A stretch of 64,000 nucleotides of DNA from Utricularia gibba (Eukaryota > Plantae > Magnoliophyta), in assembly GCA_002189035.1 (NCBI GenBank), contig CM007991.1, positions 186,001 through 250,000 on the forward strand, given 5' to 3'. A program made the position numbers and the translations under genes. Shown piece by piece: positions 50,909 through 61,884 of this stretch (position 1 is its first letter; each line of letters begins with the position of its first letter). The notes beneath the pieces are model-generated. The model worked only from the letters and a program-made list of their open reading frames with translations, ran no database searches and was not told the DNA's origin.

Positions 50909-53071
50909 AAATCAGAAGCATGTCTAATTATAGATGGATGTGTTATTGTCCGAGTTGAGAAAAGATACACCATGACAACCAGATAAGCTCTGATTAATTC
51001 ATAACCTTTGTAGTTGGAACAAGTGATGCATCGATCACCATAATTGCGCCATTCATGGAAATGCCCAAGAGCTTCCCGTGGGCTGCATTTTAAGCAGGTG
51101 CGTTTGTGGGCCCAATGGGCAGTATTCCTGCCCAACCCTTCTGGGCTGCGGTGCCGGTCCAGTGGGCCTCTGACCCACAAATGATTGGTCAATAAAAAAA
51201 TACGAAACAGGGGCGTAATTAATGCTGCTATTGACATTTTGCTACTGTAGGAAACTTGTGGAGAAAGGTTGCATTGCGATTTTTAACAAGGGTGGACATT
51301 TTTGGCCGACATGGGGCCCGAGCAATATGTTAATTGGCGTTTCTACCCCCTTCGCACCACCCAAATTTTCCGCGACATAAATTTCAGAAAATAACTTGAT
51401 AAACATCAAGCCCTAGTAAATGAGGCCCCATTTTCCCCTAGAAATAATATGTATGTATATCATAACACAAAAATATAGATTTTTTAAGATAAATCATAGA
51501 AAAAGCAATTGGGATTTTAAGCAAAGGATACTATCTCCAAACCAGTTGGACAATCAATTGACTTGAAAATTTTGATAAAATGAAAATAAATATATATTTT
51601 AAGTATTTTTATGAATAATTCTTGTAAAATTATATTTGAAATAAAAAAAATGGTGAATAATACATATATACTCCCTATTATAAAAAAATCAATTCTTAAA
51701 TCCTAAAAACAATTCTCCCAAGATTGAAATAAAATTGGAGTTAGAATCTTACATTATTTGAAAATTATAAGCGACTCTTACAACATTATTTTGAAAATGG
51801 GCATAATAGTAGTCAGATCATTTAATGTTCTTACAATGTTACAAATCAATCTAGATTACAGAGCACAATGGTTGAACTATCACATTTGGATCCTGGTTGA
51901 CAATTGACAATTGAGATCTCATCAATTTCAAAGGATCCAGATCTTGAAATCCAGTACGGAAAACTCACCTTTCCCCAAGTTGGCCTGAAGCTCTCGTTTG
52001 GCTTGTAATAAGAAATTAGTAACCGTTTTGTGATTAAGAAATCTACTTGGTTACCTACCCAGTACCCACCCTCATTATTCTAATCATCATTTAATGTAAT
52101 CCCCCCCCCCCCAGCCCTTGATTTGACCGAGTGGTTACCACCCACCAACACACACACACACCGCAGATGCTGCTGCTGTTGATCATCAGTTCACATGGTT
52201 TGGTTATGGAATGATTTGGTGGACAACACATACAGGTAATTATCATTAATATACGCATTCTTTTCTCTTTTGTTATTCAGATCTGTGTCCATCTTCTTCA
52301 TGCCACTAGCTTCATTCCGCACATGTCTCCTGAGAAAGTCGAGCCCCAGCAGCTCCACCTTCGTGTAGGAGCCCTTTAATGACAAAACAAATAACCGGGT
52401 TCACAAGTTCAGTATCCCCCAGTTGAAAACACAGTCTGATCCTCCCCCCAAAAAAACAATGCTTCAGCGGGTCGGGTCCGGGTTTTGTATGGTTGTCACC
52501 AGAAAGGAACAGTAATCCAGTCCAATTATGTATTTTTTACTGGAAGCGCAGTCGACCAAAGAAGCGCTGAACAGGATGCAAAATAGATAGACCTCGGGCG
52601 TAGGAGACAGGTTCAGTGGATGAGATGCAAAGCCAGCAGCTTTCGGTACTACAAACCTTTCTTCTTCTAACACGCACGCATTTAATTCATCCCCATCCAA
52701 TCCAGGAAATATCATAATCTTAAATCTTAATCACTCCCCTCTTTTAATTTTATAACAATAAAGTCAACATGGGATTTTTTTTTGGGTTTTTGTCTCCCAC
52801 CCACAAAGGGAAAATGGAGCTCAAAATTACAGGAAAATTGGACATGAGAGATTGTACAACAACTCGATGTCCTCATGACTAGACGTGGACCAAACCCTAA
52901 GTCATTCATTACATGACACGGAAGGATCATTTATGCATACTCGTGACACAAGAACACACGCACAGACACATACTTATATTACCTGATTATTATTATTTAT
53001 TATTTATTATTCTATAAAGAAGAGGTTCTTTTTTTTTTGTGGAAAGTCCTAGTCCAACCCCACAACATGGA

Positions 53072-53667
53072 TCAGCACATCACATCCTTGAGGAGCTTGT
53101 ACCTCGGCCGTGGAGAGGGTGTTTTTCCGGCGGTCTTGTCGATTCCGGAGCTTCCGCCGCTGTCATCGCGGGGTGCTGCTTGATTTTGTCGCCGGAGTAC
53201 TCCGATCTCACGTCCTGGGTTGCATGGCCGGAGGACTTCTTTGAGGGTGGAGAAAAACCCTTGTTAGATGAACTCTTCTCCTCACATTGGCACCAATCAC
53301 AGACTTGAATCGGCACTGAGGATTCACTGTAGTAGTTACTGCAGTACCTGGAAACACCTCTATGGGTAAATTCACCTCCTCCCCAATCCCATATACCAAC
53401 AGGCTAATAACAGTTGGAATTCTCAGCAAAAAAAAGGAACAAAACCCAGCGAGCGATGACGGTTAAAGCAGCAATGAAACGGGGTGGCAGTTCTTCAACA
53501 GTTCCGGGAAAGAGACCCCATGAAACATACGGCAATGTAAAAATGGAAGGCCTTTATGGTAAAACGTACGAGTGTTGGAAGCGGTGGCGGCACTTGGAGC
53601 AACGGAAGAGCTTCTCCTGGAAGCCAACGTCGCCGCACATGGAGCAAACGGTGGGGAAATCCATCAT
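53072..53667 (-). CDS. Small plant zinc-binding protein (At3g60520-like, PHD-like Cys cluster), 2 exons, 1-nt frameshift at 53170-53173
   Basis: Exons 53667-53570 and 53347-53072. VCSMCGDVGFQEKLFRCSKCRHRFQHSYCSNYY...CDWC; the family C-terminus PSPRPRYKLLKDVMC* is present in the shifted frame. Confidence 0.82.
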
Positions 53668-54212
53668 TCTCCGATCTGCCGGAGCAGGTGAAACAGGCGG
53701 CGGACTCGCCGGGAAAGAGAGGCAGACAGACAGCAACAACAAGATTTTTTTTTTGTTGTTAGAAAAAGAAAACCAAATAGTGATTGATGTGTTTCCAAGG
53801 TCGGTGTAGGCAGGCATAGTTATAATACTTAATTTGATATGCTTTTTTATTTCATCTCATTTTATTTTACTTTTAATAAATAAATATACAAATAATTCGT
53901 ACGATTTTTTTTCTAAATACATAAATGAAACGAGGAATTATTTTGGGGAGGCGGATGGCGCACCCCTTCCTGCCAGTCGTTTTCGGTTGGGGGGGAGAAA
54001 TTTGCCAAGGCGTAGGCATCCTGTTAGGAAAAGACGACTATACCCCTACCCTGTCGCTTTCCTCTCTTTTATTTTGATGCAACAACCGCCTTCGCTTTTA
54101 TGGGCGCGTGCCGTACACGTTTCCCCCCTTTTTCAGGCTATTTACTCTTTTTTACCTCCCACTTTTCTTTTTCCGAAGGTGGCGTACGTTAGACCATTTT
54201 TTTTAAAAAAAA

Positions 54213-54375
54213 ATAGCTGCAGTGCACTGTTATTACATGGTAACCACAACAGCAAAAACAGCAGTACTTTTTAAATTAATTATTCGATGTAATAATTTTT
54301 TTATAGCTGCAGTGCACTGTTATTACATGGTAACCACAACAGCAAAAACAGCAGTACTTAAATTAATTATTCGAT
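54213..54375. repeat. Direct tandem duplication with two near-identical ~75-bp copies (54213-54288, 54303-54375)
   Basis: ATAGCTGCAGTGCACTGTTATTACATGGTAACCACAACAGCAAAAACAGCAGTACTT...AAATTAATTATTCGAT occurs twice and differs only in T-run length. Confidence 0.9.
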
Positions 54376-57358
54376 CGGGTGCGGTGGTTGCACGCGCTGG
54401 GGGTGAGAGTGGGTCTGCACAAGTGAAAAGGGTTAAAGGCGTTGCGGTCAAAGTGAGATGTGGTGCTCCTTCGTTGGTGTTGGGCTACATTTGTCATTTG
54501 CTTCGATTTTTGTTTTTTTTCATGAATTTTTTTGTAATTAAAAAAACACCGTACGACATGCCTAAATTATATCGACATTTAATTATTACGTGGGGACCAC
54601 ACAAGAACTTGTTCTTCTTTCCTTAACGACATGAATCATGTGGGTGATTGTGATTAAGGAGGAGGGGGGGTGGGGTTTGAGTCATTAATGACAGCTTCTT
54701 TTGTTTGTTTGCTTCTTTGGAGTCAAAACACCCACCCAATCACCCAGGTTTTACTACCAAAACCAAATTATTATGAATTTAGAACATTTTTTTAAAAAAA
54801 TAACTCTAAAAAAAGTGATTTTATATATGTAAGAAGTGTTTTAATTTTTAATGAAGTACAAGCAACTCAAATTCTAAAAAAAAAAAAAATTAAAGCAATT
54901 CATTGCTCCAATTTCATGTGTAACAAAATCAATGCATGTTTTATCCAAAAATGACTTCTATGAATATTTTTTATTGAAGTTGAAACTATACTATACAGAT
55001 TCTTAGAAATCACCCTTATGTTTGGGTAAATACGAATCTCTCTCCAATGTCATCATAAACAACTATTCATATATTTTTTGAATCATGCTTTAAAAAAATT
55101 AGATATAATGTATCGATTTCTATAATTGGAGATAAAGATTGAGATACTTGAAAGAAACTATATAAATGTTTTGTTGATATTTATGATCAGATAGAAATTC
55201 ATTAATTTTCGGATAATATATAACAAGAAGCGAAAATACAATGAGAAAAGTGCAAACATCAACTCCTTTTGGAATGTCACAAAAAGAATCATCGATCAAG
55301 CAAACAATCACCTTGAAGTTGTTGTGTGTAAAACAGTTAAAAATGTAATTTTACAACATTATTTTCTGAAAAATCAACCCTCGTGCATATGCTTTGAATG
55401 ATGAAAAAAGTAAATCAAAACGATTAAAAAATTTAATGTGATTATCATGCGTAAAACAATCCTAATAAACGCAACATTAGAAAATAATAATTAGTCTCAC
55501 AAGCTCGAACTTGAAGTTGTGGGGCTCCCACAATTTGAGGCTAAGTATTGTCATCGTCTTCAACATTCAGTTTGCCGGTTGAGGGTTTAGTTCTCGTTTC
55601 AATATCAGTTTTTTAAGATTTTTTAGTTCAGACCAGAAACATTAAATGGCAGATCACAACCCACCTCCTGATTTGCTGATAATCAACTAGTTGGGGGGTT
55701 GATGGCGCCCCACCTCGTGTGCTTTCTTCGACAAAAGTAGGCTGTTTGTGTTCTAAGGCAAGCAGAATCACGCCAGAGTCATCTTAAACTGAAGGGCGAT
55801 TTCAGCAGATTCTCTGTTCTTACAGACTTGTGTCTTTCCCCGGCAAAAGAACATGCCCCGATGTCTCTTCCATTACCACAATTTTTACCAACGCTTGGAG
55901 CATCAGTTTGCTTTGCTTTGTGTGTGTTAGGACAAGGGAAATGGAACCTGTACAGGGAAAAATAACGTGAGCAGTGTCAATTATAGGAAAACGAAAGTGA
56001 AAAAAATTTGGCAGGACAAACATGTGTGGTAGCTATCGTGGGACACAAGTTTGTAAATAGAGGGAGCATGTTATGCAACCATCGTCTTCACTCGCACCAT
56101 CCTTTTTCACCCTCTGAGAAGATGGGTTTTGTGTAATTCAATGCTTCATGGTTCGCCAGCCCACATGCTCCAATACAATACAAGACAGAATACATCATTT
56201 CTTCTTAGAGATTCAAGGTAGGATGCATGAGATCCAAACCTAGAAGTTGAATTTGGTAACTTCACAGATATGAATAGTCCCTGGGATGAATGAGCCAGCT
56301 AACTAATTAACACATTTGGACCAACTTTGAAACCTAGTTCATGGTAACGATGGGGACAATGGGATGGGATTGGGAGACCGAGAGTTAATGCCTCAACCAA
56401 CCCTACTACAATAGGGGGGATGCCCATGAAACAAAAAAAACACAGGACAAAATATCTTTAGGCTGCCTTTGGAGGTTGTTTCCTTAAATAAAACCAGCCC
56501 CTGATTTTTTGAGTTTTACCCCCACAGTAAAAAAAAAAAAAACTGAGTCTTGAAAGCATGGCCATCATTTATTACCACCTACGCAGACCCAGAACCCTGG
56601 GAATAAACAAACTGCTCATCTACCAAATAACTAATCTTGTGACATCGGGGTTGGTGGCAGTTACTTGTAAAAGAATGTATTATAAAAGTTGTCACACTCG
56701 AAAAAAGTGACCATCATATATTTAAAATAGTTTGAGAAAGAGCCACTTTTCGAAATAACCTGTCGTAAAATAGTTTAATAAACCCCTGATTTTTGGAATT
56801 ATAACCCAAAGTCGGATATACGTATTAAATATTCTAATTTCTCAAAGCTACAATTCAAAAAAAATCTATTTACTTTTTGCAGCATTGGGTCGGATGGACC
56901 ATAGTCTTTGGTGATGGATTCTCAGAGTTGGGTGGTTGTGAGGTCATTATCGAATTATTATTTATTAAACATTCTGATAAACGATTTTATTTATTTTCGA
57001 AATATATTTTTTCATCACTTTTTAGATTAATTTTCTGGTTATATATTTCGTTTTTCTATTACTTGTTATTGATATTAATCTTTTTTTTTCGAGTAAAAAA
57101 CTTCAACTTCTAATTTTTAGAAATCATTTCTTAAAAAAGGTTTCTCGATTTCAAACAAAGCCTAAGAACCAATAATTTGCAAATTATAATACTCCCTAGA
57201 CAATTACTACATTGATGAAACCTAGATCCCTGACTTTTATTTCTCATTGATTCACCATGAGTTCTTTTGATTTTTTTATATGGAAAATTAAAGCAATGAA
57301 CTTTCTATGAAAGCAATTTTTACTTATTACTTTGATGATCATATTCACATTATATGAA

Positions 57359-58330
57359 TTTTTTTTTTTATGGGTTTATTGGATTGAACAGCGAAGAGGA
57401 TTCTAGTCACCATCTCGTCTCATCGAAAACCCTATGAAAAAGTGCCATCACACCCAAAGAAAGAACACCACAACTCCCACATTACGAATGAACTGAAGAA
57501 GCCCTCAAACTGTTGGGGTATACGTAGAAATGTGCATGAATTGATGAAAGGCCGAAGAACATTTGTGTAAACTGGAGCACCATCTTTTCGTTTCTGAATC
57601 GTGTTGGAGGCATTGATGAAAGGCAGAAGAAGCCCTCAAAAGTGTTGGGGTTTACAGATCATCTTTGTTCTTTTCCACCATGTTGGATCAAGTGTTGCAT
57701 TCTCGTGTGTGGATGGCACCTAGAAAAGGGGCTCTGGCACCAGATGCATGATTATCTCCGAGAAAGAAAGAGTGGCTGAAACACAACCACCATCTCCAAA
57801 TGGTGGACCAGAGCTCGGCATAAAGCTGATGCCAATGTATTGCCTCTGCCCTACCACACAACGCACTCCATCCAGCCAATTGCTCGTGAACAATGCACAG
57901 TTGAATGTAAATCACTCCTTCAGTTAATAAAATTCCTACAAAAACCACACATGAAACCCGTATTCACAGAAGAAGTGAACCATCTCGCAATAGTGTCATG
58001 TTTCTGTGAGTCCTTTGTGACATTGTCATGGAGTTTTAGGGACGATTGGCTGTTAGCTATTTAGAGGAAAGTGAAGAGGGCCCATGTGCATGCAGTACCT
58101 CCAGTGCATGTGAAGAAGCAGGCCCTTGGTGGGCGTGGGGGCTCACTGGTTAACGGGTCAAGATCCGCCTCCATGACCAGGGAGCTTCCGGGCATCCAAC
58201 GATGGATACTGTGCTGTGTTGTGTATTCAGAAAAAGACGATACAGGCATCGTCTTCGAGCTCCGAAATTGCGCCACATTAACATGAGCCTACACATTGCA
58301 AGATCAAGGAATGGAACCCATGGACACCAT
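57359..58330 (-). mobile_element. Probable decayed, 5'-truncated LINE (L1-type) relic ending in a poly(A) tail
   Basis: On the minus strand, AATAAA (57380-57375) is followed 5 nt later by A11 (57369-57359). Upstream, a stop-ridden reading includes PWSWRRILTR (58185-58153), resembling the SWxWRxIL motif of plant LINE ORF2 C-termini. The segment is visibly more GC-rich than its AT-rich flanks. No TSD found. Confidence 0.42.
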
Positions 58331-58992
58331 TTTGGTTTCTAGGCATCGGGTCTTGTTGTCGGAGTGAAGTAAACTAAACTCGGGATATCCTTCTAAATGG
58401 GCCGAGTGATCTACCGTAATTGGGTTTCCGGGTTGACAAAAATAGTTGGGCCAAGCCAGTTTCTAAATGGGCTTAACACTTTTTCATCATGACTTTCTAA
58501 TGCCTTTTTTGATCCGTGATTCTTTTTATGATAAAATGATTTAGAAATACTTATGTCTGATTATACACTTTAAATAACGTCTATTTGAATAATTATTTAA
58601 AAAATTGAATAAATAAATAAATTACATTCATGAATATATTTTGAATCATTAAATATATTAATATATCTAATTCCTCTCATTTGTACTATGAATTGCTCAT
58701 CAATAACTTTATAATAATAAATCAAGTTTATTTATAAACCTTGAGATTCTTTTTTTTTAAAAAAAAAAACAACAAATTGTGGCAGTTAGTTTGGGAAGTT
58801 ATGGGAGCCATTGTACGGATAAGATGAAACTCCTCCAGTCCACTCAGCCGTTGACTCCGCCTCCACTCATTTTCGTAGCCACAGAAGCTTAACTGTTTCC
58901 ATTACAAAAAACTAACTCCCTCCTATTTTTTATCCCTTCACACCTCCTACTTGTCTCTATTTTTCTGGGTCATCGCGCATTGGATTGATTGC

Positions 58993-60389
58993 ATGGAGGA
59001 GCAGCAGGAAGATCAGCCGGGTTTCAAGTACTTTTGCCGGGTTTGTAAGAAGGGATTTGTGTGCGGGAGGGCGCTGGGAGGGCACATGCGGGCGCACGGA
59101 ATCATCGACGAGAATAGCCCCGTCGATGAAGACGAGGAGGATCGGGCGACGGAATGGGATGGAGAAGAAGGAACCAGGAGAATGTATCAATTGAGAACCA
59201 ACCCCAATAGGTTGAAGAGTTGCAAGAATTGTGGTAAGGAGTTTTTGTCGTGGAAATCTTTTCTCGAGCACGGGAAATGCAACTCCGATGATGCATCGGA
59301 GTCGTTCATTTCGTTGGCGGAGTCCGATGGCGATGAGGAGGATGGAGATGGTGCTCCGAGGGGGAGTGGTTTGTTTAGGAGGAAGCGATCATTGAGATCA
59401 AGTATTGGTTGTGTTGATGCCAGTTATTTGGCAATCGAGGATGACGACATTCTTTTAGCTAGATGTCTTGTGGAGCTTGCCAACACGGTGGTGCATTCGA
59501 CTCCGGTTGAGCCGGAGGAGTCGTGCGCTTCGGCTAGTAGGGAGGACGAGCGGCGAACCCTAATTTGCTCACCGGAGGTATGTTTGACTACAAGGGGAAA
59601 GGGGTCTCAATTTCAAGCCCTAAAGGAGTATTTGAATGCAAAGCCTGTAATAAAGTATTCAACTCGCATCAAGCCCTAGGTGGACATAGAGCTAGCCATA
59701 AGAAGTTCAAAGGATGCTTTGCAACCAAGACGGAAGAAACCCACAGTCTCATTGCAGAAGATGAAGCGATCCTGAACGAAGAACTCGCACCGTCGAGACA
59801 ATTCCTTCGAAACAATGATGATACCGGAACCCATTCGACAAAGAAGAAGACCAAAATCCATGGATGTTCCATCTGCCACCGCGTCTTCCCTTCGGGGCAA
59901 GCCCTCGGAGGCCACAAACGGTGCCATTGGATCCGATCGAACGCTCCGGCGACACCATCCATACCACCCAAGTTTCACTTGTCTAACAACAGCATTGATC
60001 CTGGAATTCCTCCTAAACTAACTCTAGAAATGTCACATAGACTAGACCTCAACGTTTCGGCATGGGCTCACTTTTCCGCAGTCCAGCGCACTCCTAACAA
60101 CCTGTTGAGCTTCGAGGTTCCGACGGACATACATCTCCGTGCTGGCGGCGACGTGAACAATGAGACTGAAAATGAGAATAAGAACAGTAACAGGATGGCT
60201 CCGGCAAGGGAGGAGAACAATGGTGGCATGAGAGTGGAGGATGAAGCAGATAGCAAGATGAAAATGGGAAAAGTAACTGATTTGAAGGAGATGAGCAAAA
60301 ATGGCGAATCTTCTCAATGGTTGCAGGTAGGAATCGGATCCACAACTCAACCAGGAACAGCAGCAGCAGCAGCAGCATGTGACTTATGA
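58993..60389 (+). CDS. Multi-finger C2H2 (QALGGH, ZAT-type) zinc-finger repressor with an EAR motif, single exon, 1-nt frameshift at 59556-59560
   Basis: Fingers [62 protein letters not shown] and [21 protein letters not shown], plus the EAR motif LDLN. Confidence 0.87.
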
Positions 60390-61884
60390 GTACAGTCTCA
60401 CACAACTTCTAGTGCCCAAGTTAGCAATTTGCGTATTCTTGATGTATGTGAATATCCTTCTGCACATTGTGTTAAAATCATCGGACATGGACCCAACAAT
60501 GAAATTAACCCAGACTGATCGAGAGAATGAGTTTTTTCTTCTTCTTCGTTTTTTTTAATAACTGTGTCAATAATCTTTACTATTTACTCAAATAGTGTAA
60601 TTAATTCCTAAAAATATTACTATCCATCTCCAATATTTTAAAATAAGATAAAATCAGTAATCAGTGTCCGAGGAGATTCTTTCTTGTAAACAGGATGAAC
60701 TACCGCACTTCCTCTATTTTTTTTAAAAAAAATTAAAAAGATTGAGATTTACAAAACTAACAAAATTTGAGATATTTGGTTTTTGCCCCTCTCCATCTTC
60801 GTTGAATTATAAAATTTGAAATTACCTTTTTTTTTCTCTAATTTGAGCTCCAAGATCTGCTCTTGATTAGTGTTATGGATGAAATCGGTCCCCACTGTTT
60901 CAAAATTAGTGTCTGTATAATTATCTCTGCTATTTTGATATTTAATTTGGGGACCCATTTTTTGTCATATACTAAAATAGTGAGGAGTAAACATGGTTAG
61001 TTTTTAAATAGTAAAGATCAATTTTATTTGATATATCAAATTTTAAAAATTAAATATATTCGATATATCAAACTATAGTGGTCAATTATAGTAACGAGTA
61101 CTAAATATATCATTTAAAAATCTTTCTTTTCTCTACGCAACGCATATTCATTCGAATTATCGTGTGTTAGAATTGTGATGTCACCTTTACCAACTTTGCA
61201 TAATATATAGTTTTTAGGGTTTAATGTCGCAGCAAAGGATACATCGCCCCTAGAGAGCGAACACTCGAAATGAATCGAAGAGTTCCATTCCAAAGCCAAA
61301 AAATCAGCAACTTCTTCCTTTTTTATATACGTATATATTTATGTGACAAAATTGAAGACAAGTACATTAATATTAAATCCAGCCTTGTCTTTGAACAGTT
61401 TAAATGTTCCACCTAAATGTCAAGCCATAATGAATTTCACTCACATTATGTGAAATATTATTACAACCCCTTCATGGTTTTCCCACAACCATGTGTCTGA
61501 ATTATTAGTATTTGTATAAATGGTACACGCCGTATTCCTCATTTCAAATTTTCAATCCCCCTTTTGGTATATTTTTTAATTAATTTAATAATAATACGCC
61601 AAGCTTACTTACTGTTCAAAATGGCAACGGTTATAGGGGCAAAGAAGTCTTTTCTGCGGACATAAGTGGATTTTGGTGGGGGCCCAGGTTCTCTGGCGTT
61701 GTATGGGTCAGCTAGCCGTTACAGAATTCTTCCCCCGCATTTTTGAAGAAAATAAATAACTCCGAAATTCGACCGTTATATTAAAACCAACGCATCATAC
61801 TCGTCATCCTTTCACTTCGGTGTCTGGTTGTGTTTACTACCTGTTTTCTTCTCTTCGCCTGGAGAGGCTCTCTGTTTCCGGGAG

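Noticed and set aside
51887-51939. Imperfect 53-nt hairpin (TGGATCCT...AGGATCCA)
   Set aside because: Too short and bulged for a plant pre-miRNA, and it matches no conserved miRNA I recognise.
54222-54626. 134-aa ORF with a repeated HCYYMVTTTAKTAVL
   Set aside because: Simply the translation of the noncoding tandem duplication.
17380-59560. Programmed -1 ribosomal frameshifting as a shared regulatory system for the eight split genes
   Set aside because: No canonical X XXY YYZ heptamers in frame, the runs involve all four bases, and the genes are functionally unrelated. Sequencing error explains the pattern more simply.
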